Source: Escherichia phage fjerdesal. Taken from it: DNA of 64,000 nucleotides. This document shows, in pieces, positions 44,330 to 54,468 of the stretch (its first letter is position 1; every line of letters starts with the position of its first letter). The stretch lies in the sequence record MN850605.1; one strand, 5' to 3'. A model generated the notes under the pieces. That model worked only from the letters and a program-made list of their open reading frames with translations. It was not told the DNA's origin and ran no database searches. A program made the position numbers and the translations under genes.

Positions 44330-44608
44330 TCAATCAAAAGTTACGTTTGTTACTGCCATTGCAGATTTGCATTTTGCAGGGTCTACAACGTGATAAAGTA
44401 CACTACAGTTACCTGTGCTGTCTGGTACAGGTTTAACCCATTGTTGCTTGACAGTTGGTTCGCCTAAGTCTTTGTAAGAACCATCTGTAAAGTTGTTTAC
44501 CATCTCAAGTGCAATTGGCTCTGGAACATGACCACGTATCATGTACATTTCACAACCATTACCTCCTTCACTGACTAATGGTAAAATCTCCCACTTTTCT
44601 TTAGCCAT
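44330..44608 (-). CDS. hypothetical protein
   Basis: 92-aa ORF. Confidence 0.5.
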   Translation of the reverse strand: MAKEKWEILPLVSEGGNGCEMYMIRGHVPEPIALEMVNNFTDGSYKDLGEPTVKQQWVKPVPDSTGNCSVLYHVVDPAKCKSAMAVTNVTFD

Positions 44609-45116
44609 TATAAGTTGCCCTATAAACTGTCTCGAACTTCAACAGGAGAGATATTGCCAAATCTGTATAGTTGTTGTCAAGCACATCTGGCATATTATTT
44701 TTGATATATCTCTCTTGCTCTTCATAGGTCATCTTAGGGGCACTTAAAAGGCTATCTCCTTGCTTCTGGTTATCAGCTTTAGTCTGAATAAACCAGTTTG
44801 CACAGTGATGTTCACCACCTTTTGTAACAGGTTTGTGGTGGCCTAATGTGAAGGATTGACTGCCTGTGTATCTGCAAAGTTTATTGAGTACTGTAATGGT
44901 GTTCTTCACAACAAAACATTCATACAGGTTGTCTATGGTGTAGTATGGATAATATCGAAATAATGCTCTTTCACGAGTACTCTCACGATTCCAGAGAATC
45001 ATGTGATTGGAGTTGGAAGGGTCGTATTGGTGGGAGTCAATGAACTCTTGACGTTCCTCAAAACTGAGTCTTAACACTGACATTGCAGCAGAACGTTTCA
45101 GATTTGACAGATACAT
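44601..45116 (-). CDS. HNH homing endonuclease
   Basis: 171 aa; HNH motif LGHHKPVTKGGEHHCANWFIQTKADNQKQG. Confidence 0.65.
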   Translation of the reverse strand: MYLSNLKRSAAMSVLRLSFEERQEFIDSHQYDPSNSNHMILWNRESTRERALFRYYPYYTIDNLYECFVVKNTITVLNKLCRYTGSQSFTLGHHKPVTKGGEHHCANWFIQTKADNQKQGDSLLSAPKMTYEEQERYIKNNMPDVLDNNYTDLAISLLLKFETVYRATYNG

Positions 45117-45167
45117 ATTATCTCCAAAATAAAAAGGGAACCTTTACAGTTCCCTTATAGTATCTGC

Positions 45168-45488
45168 TTACTGAGCTACTTTCAAGATTCTTGTGAATGG
45201 AATTTCACTTTCTTCCATTAACTCTTTAGTTTCTTTGGTAACTTTCACAAAGTTATCTAGGCAGATAATCTTCTTATCTTTCTTACTATAGGTTAATTTA
45301 ACCTTTTCAATATCTTTCTCAGAGCTTTTCTCTTCATTGAAGAGTTTTACAGCCTCTTTGAATGGGAGATATGAGCCATCATTATCACTAATGAATCCTG
45401 TACCACAATAGTAGGAGTTATGCTCTCTAGCCATAAACTGGCACAGTAAGAAAATCTGTAATTTACGAGTGTTATAAACTTTGCTCAT
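45168..45488 (-). CDS. hypothetical protein
   Basis: 106-aa ORF. Confidence 0.5.
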   Translation of the reverse strand: MSKVYNTRKLQIFLLCQFMAREHNSYYCGTGFISDNDGSYLPFKEAVKLFNEEKSSEKDIEKVKLTYSKKDKKIICLDNFVKVTKETKELMEESEIPFTRILKVAQ

Positions 45489-45490
45489 GA

Positions 45491-45775
45491 TTATTTAGCC
45501 TTCTTATTACGTTTACGGTTACGAGCTTTCTTAGCTGCTCGTTTAATAGCTGCTGCACCAGACGGACGGTGGGCTTGTTTCTTACCACCTTTGCCACGGC
45601 CTACATAGATGTAAGGCTGCTGTTCAATTTGGCTTGTAATAACCTGTGCAACCGCTGAAGCATCTACACCGACCTGCTTTCCAGTCATAGAAACAATTGC
45701 TGCTGCTTTTGCCAGTGCCTTCAAGAATCCAGCTTTCATATTACCTAAAATTCCCATTTTTAGTCTCTCTCTCAT
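45491..45775 (-). CDS. hypothetical protein with highly basic C-terminus
   Basis: 94 aa ending KRAAKKARNRKRNKKAK. Confidence 0.5.
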   Translation of the reverse strand: MRERLKMGILGNMKAGFLKALAKAAAIVSMTGKQVGVDASAVAQVITSQIEQQPYIYVGRGKGGKKQAHRPSGAAAIKRAAKKARNRKRNKKAK

Positions 45776-45855
45776 TAAAGTTTAATACAGGGCTTATGAA
45801 GTTCTTCTTCAGTGATACCAATTGGAGTTATACCTTAGTCCATTTGCCAGAATAA

Positions 45856-46341
45856 TCACTCTGCTCTCCACTGGCAATCACCTTGCCACCCATACTCTTT
45901 TCTCCAGAGGTTTTGGTTATCAGAACCACGATATGGTTTAACTGTTGGTTTAGATGAATCATACTTACCATCAATCACCACGTCAACATATTTCATCACA
46001 TCAAGGTGAATTTTTTCATGTAACTGAAAACCTGTCCATAGCCAGATAGATTTCTCTGGATAGATTGATTTAACCTTCTGACAAATCTTAGTGACTTCTC
46101 CAATGTTACGGTCATCCAATGGTTCTCCACCGAGGATAGACAGCCCACTTAAAGAGTCATCTTCCAAAAGTCTTAGAATGCCATAAAGGTTTGCATAAGT
46201 GAACTCTTTACCAGCATTAAACTTCCAAGACTCCCTGTTAAAGCAACCTTCACAGTGATGTTTGCAGCCAGCTACGAAGAGACTTACACGGACCCCTTCA
46301 CCATTAGCTGTGTCAAATGGCCTAATCTCCATGTAATTCAT
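45856..46341 (-). CDS. nrdG: anaerobic ribonucleotide reductase activating protein (radical SAM)
   Basis: CxxxCxxC radical-SAM motif (CKHHCEGC); start at SD-preceded ATG. Confidence 0.8.
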   Translation of the reverse strand: MNYMEIRPFDTANGEGVRVSLFVAGCKHHCEGCFNRESWKFNAGKEFTYANLYGILRLLEDDSLSGLSILGGEPLDDRNIGEVTKICQKVKSIYPEKSIWLWTGFQLHEKIHLDVMKYVDVVIDGKYDSSKPTVKPYRGSDNQNLWRKEYGWQGDCQWRAE

Positions 46342-46463
46342 TAGTTTAACCTCCAAATCAAAGGGTTTGGTAATCCAATTACTGACGCTACTAATGTATA
46401 TACAAATGCCACCATTAAGAAAATGACAAACGCACCTATAACCCTATACATTCACAAATTACC

Positions 46464-46763
46464 TCACCAATACATATAAGTGTTCTTAGCGGCTTTCTTT
46501 GGAGACTTGCTATCAATATCAAAATCTTCATCTAAGAAGGATGTCTTAGAAAGCTGCCTTATTTGTGTTCTTGTAAGACGTTTAGTGGCCTTCTTAATCT
46601 CTCTACAAGGCTGACTTGTAAAGTCATAAGAGCCACCTTTTCTGGACATCATATCAGAATGGAAGTAGACATCTGAAGCATTTTCTCTGTTACGTACCTC
46701 ATTCCTCCACTCATAGAGTCCGTGAACGTTCTTTAAACCTTTTCTTCGAATTGTTTTACTCAT
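46464..46763 (-). CDS. hypothetical protein
   Basis: 99-aa ORF. Confidence 0.5.
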   Translation of the reverse strand: MSKTIRRKGLKNVHGLYEWRNEVRNRENASDVYFHSDMMSRKGGSYDFTSQPCREIKKATKRLTRTQIRQLSKTSFLDEDFDIDSKSPKKAAKNTYMYW

Positions 46764-47155
46764 TCAAACACCACCTGACAAGGAACCTGTTTAGTAATAA
46801 ACTCTTCACAATGCTCTTTAATGAAGTTTTGTAATGGTACACAGTCTTGTGCACAAGTCATTAGCATAATGTACTCTGGATTCATAATATTTTCAAGACT
46901 GTAGAAGACAACATCGTCAGATAGCTCGTGACCATCTTCTTCAGACCAAGTTCCAGTGACTACAGCTAATTTGTCAAGTAATTCATTAGGCAAAGCTACA
47001 CCATCTTCTACGGAATCACTCAGAACATTGTCGCCAATATACAATGTGAAGGTCGTATGGAATGTTGAATATCTTACGTGATTCTTTTCGCAAGAGCCAC
47101 ACTCTGAGGCATAATCTTTAATCCACTCTAACTGTTTTTTGTTCAACTTAATCAT
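46760..47155 (-). CDS. hypothetical protein
   Basis: 131-aa ORF. Confidence 0.5.
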   Translation of the reverse strand: MIKLNKKQLEWIKDYASECGSCEKNHVRYSTFHTTFTLYIGDNVLSDSVEDGVALPNELLDKLAVVTGTWSEEDGHELSDDVVFYSLENIMNPEYIMLMTCAQDCVPLQNFIKEHCEEFITKQVPCQVVFE

Positions 47156-47352
47156 AATTTCACCTTAGTTGGCAATGCACTGAATGCTATGACTAACCCT
47201 AAAAATGGTTTGAAGCATGACCATAAATCCATCTGACCCTGATATGCGAAACTCCATTGTGGGTCTGAAAAACCCCATACCATAACACTAACCCCAAAGA
47301 AGAAGATTAGAATGTGGAGAATGTATATCAACGCTTTTGATATTTTAAACAT
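47152..47352 (-). CDS. hypothetical small membrane protein
   Basis: 66 aa, two hydrophobic segments. Confidence 0.45.
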   Translation of the reverse strand: MFKISKALIYILHILIFFFGVSVMVWGFSDPQWSFAYQGQMDLWSCFKPFLGLVIAFSALPTKVKL

Positions 47353-47506
47353 TTTAACTTGCCTCTTAATTCACAATAAGAGAGTCCTAAAAAGAACCCT
47401 AGTAAGACAGAACCTATGAACAACCCAATAATACTCTCTGCCATATCTAACATCCAATAAAAAAGGTGATGTAAGCCTATCAAGACTCACATCACCATGT
47501 CAAGTT

Positions 47507-49651
47507 TTACATAGAAACTCTGTCACGAATCTCAGCGATTTTTGCATCGTTCATTCGGGATTCACCTTTAATCTTAGTCCATCCAAGATACCCACACACC
47601 CTGTTAATCACAGAGATATCATGTGAGTGACAAACTTCACACTCTTCAATATCTGATTTTGGTCTGTTACCACAATGCTCACAGATTGCTAAGTCAAAGT
47701 TAAGTCCCTGATAGAAACCTTTCAACATCCCTCTTGTAATACAACTTTTAAGTGCTGATAAGTTTTCTGGGTTAGCTACTCTTACATACTGGATTCTACC
47801 GCCTCTACAGATATGGAAGAATGGTTCTTCTAAGTCCTGCTTCTCAAATGGTGAGATGTCTGCTGCAACATTCATATGGAAACTGTTTGTAAAGTATTCC
47901 TTATCAGAAACGCCTTTGATAACGCCAAACATATCTCTGAACTGTTTTAGTTGAGTTCCGCAAAGTGATTCTGCTGGAGTACCATAGACGGCATATAAGA
48001 AGCCATCTTCATTTTTAAACTCTTCGGTTTTCATGTTGATGTATGCCAGAACATCATATGCAAAACTATAGCTTCCAACTTCATGAAGTCGTTTACCTTC
48101 AGCAAGAACAGACAACTCATCAAGCGCAGTAACACCAAAAGAAGCTGTGAAGGACTTCACAATATCCCAACCAACCTTGTCAGTAGGTTTCTTAGTTCCT
48201 TTGTACAGACCACCTTGTGTGAATGCAAGAGGGTTAGAACTTGCTGGCATATTAGCAATCATTTCGTAGCGTTTCTTATGGAAACTACGAATCATCTCTA
48301 GGTACTTATCAAGCTCTTTCCAGAAATCTAAACCATTCTCTTTAGAATACTGGTAAATCATTGGTAAGTTCAAAGATACAGCACCAATGTTAGCACGACC
48401 AACGTAGAACTCTTCTCCACCCTCATTAAGATATGGAGATAAGAAAGCTCTACAACCCATCGGTGAAATTACCTTACCAGAACGCTCAAAAGCCTCTGCT
48501 ACAGCACCATGACCAGACACACTTAAGAAATCTGGGTACATTGCTTTAGAGCAACACTCAATAGCTTTACTGTACAGTTGACCTTGACAGATATTCTCAT
48601 CATGTCTCTTCTGGTCATAAATATAAACCAGTTTAGGGAATACAACAGGTTTTTTGCTCTTGCCTTGTCCATTCATACGAACATCTAGGAGAGTACTTGC
48701 AATCATGTATTGGAGTCGATTATCCTCATTAGACATATCTGAGTCAAGTAAACCAAATGTTAAAGTTGTGAATGCAAAATCACCACGGCTACAAGGTACG
48801 GTATTTAGTTTCATCTCAAGTGACTGAAAACCTTGAGTCAGTTCAATTTGTAACTGCTCCATTACATAATTGTGGTAATGCTCTTTAGGAATACCATAAG
48901 ATGATGCTTTCTCAGCATGATAGCGTAGAGACTTCTTAGCATACGGTACAAGTACCTTATCAATCTCTGCTAAAGTAAAACCACCAAATTGCTGTGCAGT
49001 TGCTGAAAGTACTACGTCACCAATAACCTGCAACGCTGACAGTACAGATTTAGGTTCACAGTACTCAATGCCGGACATTTCAAAGCCACCTTTTAGTACT
49101 TTACCAATGTCAAACAGGCAACAGTTAATACCACCAAAAATCAGGTCTCTCAAATCGTGGATATAGATAAAGCCTTTCTCAATGGCTTCAAGTTCCTCTG
49201 GTGTTAGATGATACTGTTTAAAGATTTCTTTAGTCAGGTAACCACGGATAATTGAACCTTTCGTAGAAATTAAACTGCTGTCAAAGTTAGCATTTTCACG
49301 GTCACCTAAGAAGAGTGTGTCTCTAGTCTTTTGGTAAAGTTCATCCCAATTTTGAGCAACCTCTTTACGGTAATTTCTGTATGTTGAGTAAGACTCGTAA
49401 ATCTCGTGATTAACTTCTGCCAAAGCACCCTCAACAATACTGTGAATATCATTTACTGAAATGAGCAAATTATTCTGCTTAGTGGACTTTACCAGAATCC
49501 TCATGAATGCTGACTCAAGAGCTTGGGTAACATCTGGTGGCAGTTCTTTATATCCAACCCTGTTAGCTGACTTTGTTACTGCCGCTAAAACTTTTTTGAT
49601 ATCAGGTTCTTCAAGTGAGCCATTCTTTTTAATAATCTGTACTTTGTTCAT
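47507..49651 (-). CDS. nrdD: anaerobic ribonucleoside-triphosphate reductase
   Basis: 714 aa; C-terminal Cys cluster and glycyl-radical motif RVCGYLG. Confidence 0.85.
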   Translation of the reverse strand: MNKVQIIKKNGSLEEPDIKKVLAAVTKSANRVGYKELPPDVTQALESAFMRILVKSTKQNNLLISVNDIHSIVEGALAEVNHEIYESYSTYRNYRKEVAQNWDELYQKTRDTLFLGDRENANFDSSLISTKGSIIRGYLTKEIFKQYHLTPEELEAIEKGFIYIHDLRDLIFGGINCCLFDIGKVLKGGFEMSGIEYCEPKSVLSALQVIGDVVLSATAQQFGGFTLAEIDKVLVPYAKKSLRYHAEKASSYGIPKEHYHNYVMEQLQIELTQGFQSLEMKLNTVPCSRGDFAFTTLTFGLLDSDMSNEDNRLQYMIASTLLDVRMNGQGKSKKPVVFPKLVYIYDQKRHDENICQGQLYSKAIECCSKAMYPDFLSVSGHGAVAEAFERSGKVISPMGCRAFLSPYLNEGGEEFYVGRANIGAVSLNLPMIYQYSKENGLDFWKELDKYLEMIRSFHKKRYEMIANMPASSNPLAFTQGGLYKGTKKPTDKVGWDIVKSFTASFGVTALDELSVLAEGKRLHEVGSYSFAYDVLAYINMKTEEFKNEDGFLYAVYGTPAESLCGTQLKQFRDMFGVIKGVSDKEYFTNSFHMNVAADISPFEKQDLEEPFFHICRGGRIQYVRVANPENLSALKSCITRGMLKGFYQGLNFDLAICEHCGNRPKSDIEECEVCHSHDISVINRVCGYLGWTKIKGESRMNDAKIAEIRDRVSM

Positions 49652-49670
49652 TATTGCCCCTTTACATGCT

Positions 49671-49696
49671 AAAAAGGTCTCCGAAGAGACCCTTTC
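49671..49696 (-). terminator. rho-independent terminator
   Basis: Minus strand GGTCTC-TTCG-GAGACC hairpin followed by TTTTT. Confidence 0.5.
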
Positions 49697-49699
49697 ATT

Positions 49700-49906
49700 T
49701 TAAATCTTTTTAGAAAACTTCGAAACGAGTTTTCTTAGTTTTTCAGTGATGCCTAACTGTATCTCTAATATTTCAAAGATAACCCATAGTAACATGGCCC
49801 CAAACAATGAACCTTGTTCAAAATCAGTAAATAGGTTAACAATCAGCATACCAATCACAATAGCTGGTGCATCAACAACCAAACCTTCCCAAATGCGTTT
49901 AAGCAT
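49700..49906 (-). CDS. hypothetical small membrane protein
   Basis: 68 aa, hydrophobic. Confidence 0.45.
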   Translation of the reverse strand: MLKRIWEGLVVDAPAIVIGMLIVNLFTDFEQGSLFGAMLLWVIFEILEIQLGITEKLRKLVSKFSKKI

Positions 49907-50141
49907 TATTCACCTCTGCCATAAAATTCTGTAGCGTCCCAACAGGCCTTAGGTTTTGTCCATCAGTTTTCATGATGAATGGCATCTGACGAACTGGCAT
50001 CTGTGCAATATCCATCAGGTCTGACAGTTCATAATCCTGCCCTAACATTCTCACAACATGGTCAATACCACGAGCTTTTGCAAAATTCTTTGCAGTCTCA
50101 CACTGAGGGCATCCAGTTTTGGAGTAAATCACATAAGTCAT
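49899..50141 (-). CDS. glutaredoxin-like protein (NrdH/NrdC-like)
   Basis: 80 aa with CPQC redox motif near N-terminus. Confidence 0.7.
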   Translation of the reverse strand: MTYVIYSKTGCPQCETAKNFAKARGIDHVVRMLGQDYELSDLMDIAQMPVRQMPFIMKTDGQNLRPVGTLQNFMAEVNNA

Positions 50142-51214
50142 TAAGGAACCTCTAAAAATCCACTATTCAAATCATCTACAACAGTATTCAATAGGTACGC
50201 ACCGTTCTGTTGCTCCTGATTAGCATTCTGCTCTTTATCAATTTCCATCTTCTTAATCATGTACTTCAAAGGTGGTTCTTTAGGAGCTACAAAATCTCTG
50301 GGAATGCCAAACATATCATACAGTGGGGCAGCATTATAGTAAACCCACTCATGAAGAAGCTTTGTATTTAAGCCAACTACAGCACGTCCTTCGGAGAAGA
50401 TATAATACGACCATTTCTCTTCACTTTCAACTACTTCATCTAAGATTACTTTAATCTCTGGAAGAATTTGTTGAAAAGCTTTCTGCCACTCATCATCTCT
50501 TAAAGTTTCTTTTAAAACTTCAATATCAATTTTAGTGTGAAGGATTTCATCAAGCATAATCTTCTGCACAGCTTGAGCAATACCCTGAAATTTATCTTGA
50601 GCATCAAGTGCAAAAGTACATGCAAAGGATGCCATAAAAGATATACCTTCAAGTGCAGTCACTGCAAATAGCCCTTTCAGAATCACTTTATGGAAGTGTA
50701 AAGGGTCTTTGTCCAGAAGTGAATCACGCACATAACTCAGACGATAGTTTATACCTTCATCCAGTAATTCTTCAAGAACACGATTCACAGTTTTTAATCG
50801 GTCTTGCACAGCAACATTCTGGTTAATCTCATCTAAGATTGTTTCAGGGTTTTTAATACATTGCCTTACAATCTCTGAGTAAGTAAGGGCATGTAGGTTT
50901 TCAATCTCAGACTGCTTCATAATTGCAGTTGCATAGATGTCATCAGAGATAAATGGTGCAAAGGCAAATGCCAAGCTCTTAGCAACTTGAGTATCCGCTT
51001 CCCATTGCCACTTAAGAATCTCAAGCATTACACCTGACATTGATGCTGGGACACTCTCAAAATCAAGACGTGATTGTTCAAAAGGGAACTCATCTTCTGA
51101 CCAGTCTTGTGCTTTTTGTTGTTTATAAAGTTCAAAGATTTTTGGGTAGTGCTTGTTAAGTGAGTCAAAAGTTTTTCTCTCGCCACCTAAAAAGATTGGG
51201 TGCTGGTTAATCAT
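50141..51214 (-). CDS. nrdB: ribonucleotide reductase small (beta) subunit
   Basis: Di-iron RNR small subunit look; start set at ATG with AGGAGA SD (track ORF extends to 51274). Confidence 0.8.
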   Translation of the reverse strand: MINQHPIFLGGERKTFDSLNKHYPKIFELYKQQKAQDWSEDEFPFEQSRLDFESVPASMSGVMLEILKWQWEADTQVAKSLAFAFAPFISDDIYATAIMKQSEIENLHALTYSEIVRQCIKNPETILDEINQNVAVQDRLKTVNRVLEELLDEGINYRLSYVRDSLLDKDPLHFHKVILKGLFAVTALEGISFMASFACTFALDAQDKFQGIAQAVQKIMLDEILHTKIDIEVLKETLRDDEWQKAFQQILPEIKVILDEVVESEEKWSYYIFSEGRAVVGLNTKLLHEWVYYNAAPLYDMFGIPRDFVAPKEPPLKYMIKKMEIDKEQNANQEQQNGAYLLNTVVDDLNSGFLEVP

Positions 51215-51468
51215 AGTGTGATTTCTCCTTTCTTTATCATTTCTAAGGCTTGTTTTCTGTCTAAAACTTCCCAATTTTCTTTGTTAAACATCTCATAAGG
51301 TCTTGCGTAGATTTTACCATCTGCTGTAGAGATGTAAGAGGCTCCAGTGACCCATAAGTCATCATTCTGCTTTATCATGATACCTGTGCTACTCACATAG
51401 TACAATGTTTTGCGGGGTTTGTAGAGCAAGTATATTGGTCGCTCATGTTTTTCTATTAAATCTTTCAT
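51211..51468 (-). CDS. hypothetical small protein between nrdA and nrdB
   Basis: Start chosen at SD-preceded internal ATG of track ORF 51211..51552. Confidence 0.4.
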   Translation of the reverse strand: MKDLIEKHERPIYLLYKPRKTLYYVSSTGIMIKQNDDLWVTGASYISTADGKIYARPYEMFNKENWEVLDRKQALEMIKKGEITL

Positions 51469-51523
51469 GGTCTCTCCAAAGTTATTTTTAGAGGGTCTTT
51501 TACGACCCTCATAGTTGTTAAAA

Positions 51524-53758
51524 CTAAACACCACAACCCTCGCAATAAGCATCTTGCAGTGCAGATTTACCTACACCAATGCGACTGTTAAGGTAGTACA
51601 TGGTTTTCATACCTACCGAGTTGGCATAAATCATGTACTTCAAAGCTTGAGACAATGATACCTTCTTAGCTTTTGCGTAGTCAACATAGAAATCTGAAGA
51701 GATAGCTTGACCAGTGAACTTTTGAACAATTGCATAACAATCAATCATATCAAAGGTGTCAATATCCCAAGCAATTTCATAGACATACTTCAACTCTTCA
51801 TAATCTGGAACAATAAACAGTACGTTACCAGTTGCAGACTTTTTAGTTAAAATAAAGTCACGAATTGGATACAAGCCATTTGTCGTATTAGTTGCTAGTG
51901 AAGAACTCTCATTAGGCATGTAAGCTTCTAATACAGAGTTTCGGATTCCACCATTTTCTTTGATACGTTGTGCTAAGTCATCCCAATCATATCGTAGTTT
52001 TGCATCATGCTTTTCATCAATCTTCTTGTTAGCTGTCTTTGGAGGAACCCAGCCTTCAGGATACTTAGTGAACTTCATGTATTCTGGAACACCACGCTCT
52101 TTAGCAAGTCTCAGAGAGGCTTCATGCAGATAGTAAGAGTGCATTTCAGCAAGCGCATGAAGCTTCGTTTTACCTGCTCGTGAAGAGTAGTTCACGTAGT
52201 TCTTCGCAAGGTAATGAGCCACATTTGTAAGGCCAATCCCAACAGAACGACGCTTCTGAACATGGTTACGCATCGACGGATACGGATAATCCATAAGGTC
52301 AATAACGGAGTCAACCATTGCAAGAGCATAATAAGCAACGTCAGCGTATTCATCTTCTGAAATTCTCCCTGCAACCAAACTAGCTAGGAAGCAAAGAGCC
52401 ACCTCACCATCCTCTTTCACAGCATCGTCTCTGTAAAGGTCTGTCTCTTTCTCAAAACCATACACTGGCAATACAATTTCCATACAAAGATTTGACATCT
52501 TCAATGGTTCTTTAAATGGTGTATGTGTGTTTGCATTGTTAGTGAAGAATGGGTACACACGACCTGTAGCATAACGCTGTTGAATAAACAGCTTAGCAAT
52601 TTCACGAGCCTTTACCCGTCTGTGCTTAACACCTGAATGTACTGCATGACCAACTGCCATAGCAAACTCATCAGCAGATGCTGTGTAGAACATGTCATAG
52701 AGTTTTGGTGCATCTTTGTAAGAGAATAGCAACCAATCTGTATCATACTGAACGCACTGCCAGAAATAATCGTTTGTGCCGAATGAGTAGTCCATCTCGT
52801 TAATACGTTTAGAAGGAACCGTTGTAGGGTGCTTCAAACGCAGTAAATCTTCAATCTGCGGGTCTAGAGCAGTGTAGAAGTTATTAGCTGAACCACCACG
52901 ACTCTTCTGTTTGTTTGCCTCTACAGATGAACGTACAAGCTTGTAATAAGGTAGCTTACCCATGTGCTCAATAGTATTTTGACGGATACCATCACCAATA
53001 GTGCGAGTCTCCATCAGCATACCAATACCAGCTTGCTTTGTAGTCATATCATAAGCAACCTTTGCAGCAATACCAAGAGATTCAGCAGTATCATTTGCCT
53101 TAATCAAACAGCATGACGCATAACCCGATTTAGTTGCTCTTAAACCGTTTAAATAAGGCGTAGGAGCGTTAATCTTCAGGTCAGATAGGTAAGTGTACAG
53201 TTTGATAACATCTTGCAGTCTACGGTGCTTTGGTTGCTTCTCAAAGGCTTTCATAGCCATACCCATAAACATAAATTGTGGTGACTCAAACAGTCTTCCC
53301 GTTTTAATATCACGGATGCCGTACTTGTCTCTGAACTGTTTCAAGACTGCATAACCGTAAGAGATATCTTTTGAGTGCACGATGTAACCTTGCAGGTATT
53401 CAAGCTCTTCCTGTGAATAATCCATCTTCTCCCAAAGTCCTGCTCTCTCCATATTTTTAACGAAGGTAATCAGCGTAGGAACCTTAGTAAAGCCTCCAAA
53501 GGCTTCTTTGTAGATAATCCCTAGAAGTAGCCGCCCAGCCATATCTGAGTACTCTTGAGTTTGTTTGTCAACACAAACATCAATCATGGCTTGGTGCATC
53601 TCTTTTGTGGTACAACCTTCATAGACACGTTTCATAGCTTCCATAGTGACTTCTGACCAGATAATTCCACGCTTATCTGCCCATGATGCCCATTTATTCA
53701 ATCTTTCTGGGTCAAAGCTTACTACTGTACCGTTTGATTTTTTAATTGTCTTAATCAT
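51524..53758 (-). CDS. nrdA: ribonucleotide reductase large (alpha) subunit
   Basis: 744 aa; class I RNR large subunit look with C-terminal CEGCGV-type tail. Confidence 0.85.
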   Translation of the reverse strand: MIKTIKKSNGTVVSFDPERLNKWASWADKRGIIWSEVTMEAMKRVYEGCTTKEMHQAMIDVCVDKQTQEYSDMAGRLLLGIIYKEAFGGFTKVPTLITFVKNMERAGLWEKMDYSQEELEYLQGYIVHSKDISYGYAVLKQFRDKYGIRDIKTGRLFESPQFMFMGMAMKAFEKQPKHRRLQDVIKLYTYLSDLKINAPTPYLNGLRATKSGYASCCLIKANDTAESLGIAAKVAYDMTTKQAGIGMLMETRTIGDGIRQNTIEHMGKLPYYKLVRSSVEANKQKSRGGSANNFYTALDPQIEDLLRLKHPTTVPSKRINEMDYSFGTNDYFWQCVQYDTDWLLFSYKDAPKLYDMFYTASADEFAMAVGHAVHSGVKHRRVKAREIAKLFIQQRYATGRVYPFFTNNANTHTPFKEPLKMSNLCMEIVLPVYGFEKETDLYRDDAVKEDGEVALCFLASLVAGRISEDEYADVAYYALAMVDSVIDLMDYPYPSMRNHVQKRRSVGIGLTNVAHYLAKNYVNYSSRAGKTKLHALAEMHSYYLHEASLRLAKERGVPEYMKFTKYPEGWVPPKTANKKIDEKHDAKLRYDWDDLAQRIKENGGIRNSVLEAYMPNESSSLATNTTNGLYPIRDFILTKKSATGNVLFIVPDYEELKYVYEIAWDIDTFDMIDCYAIVQKFTGQAISSDFYVDYAKAKKVSLSQALKYMIYANSVGMKTMYYLNSRIGVGKSALQDAYCEGCGV

Positions 53759-53777
53759 TTTTGAATCCTACAGATGA

Positions 53778-53800
53778 AAAGAGCCTCCGAAGAGGCTCCC
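53778..53800 (-). terminator. rho-independent terminator
   Basis: Minus strand GGAGCCTC-TTCG-GAGGCTC hairpin followed by TTTT. Confidence 0.5.
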
Positions 53801-53804
53801 TAGT

Positions 53805-54143
53805 TTAAATCTTGAAAATTTGCTCATTCTGCCACATATCGTAAAACTTATCACTTACTTTTGTGACTGAAGAAGTGTGCATACAGTTCAGGGAGAACCA
53901 TGATGATGTATTATCATCCATAATTGTTTCAAGTTTTTGTGTAACGTTCACATCCATGTCTGCAACAACGTAATTACCTCGCATCTTGCAAACAATTCTT
54001 CCAAACAAGATTGCACTTCTCCCTCTTCGGTCATCACAGTACATAACTGTGTCTCCGTGCTTAACGTCTTGTCCGATGCTGTCAACACCTAACTTAGCAC
54101 CTGAGATAATGTCATCATAAGATAGCTTTTTTGCTTTAGACAC
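53805..54143 (-). CDS. hypothetical protein
   Basis: 112-aa ORF. Confidence 0.5.
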   Translation of the reverse strand: MSKAKKLSYDDIISGAKLGVDSIGQDVKHGDTVMYCDDRRGRSAILFGRIVCKMRGNYVVADMDVNVTQKLETIMDDNTSSWFSLNCMHTSSVTKVSDKFYDMWQNEQIFKI

Positions 54144-54468
54144 GGTATTTCTCCAAGTTTCTTTTTAGATATAACCAACCGTAGTCAGTCCTTTCTACAC
54201 CCATAAAGAGTGGAGCCATCACAACTTTACCGAAAGTATTCCTGTGTTGGCAGATTTCAAAGGAATACTCTTTCTCAATATCAATCCCGTATTTGTACAG
54301 GACTGCTTTTAAAACTTGTTCATTGTCCAGAAGAGTATCTGGAGTCTCACCATACTTTTCTAGTAACGGGTCATTCATAAACACCGTCATAGAAATATTG
54401 TAGTTTGAGAAGTGGCTCTTCTGAGCCACACCCTCTTTATTAATGTTCTGTGAATCCATTATAACCAA
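54136..54468 (-). CDS. hypothetical protein
   Basis: 110-aa ORF. Confidence 0.5.
   Translation of the reverse strand: MVIMDSQNINKEGVAQKSHFSNYNISMTVFMNDPLLEKYGETPDTLLDNEQVLKAVLYKYGIDIEKEYSFEICQHRNTFGKVVMAPLFMGVERTDYGWLYLKRNLEKYRV

Noticed and set aside
45856-53758. Group I introns in nrdA, nrdB or nrdD (as in T4)
   Set aside because: All three reading frames are continuous and of normal length with no internal stop-rich insertions; homing endonuclease genes are free-standing, not intron-encoded
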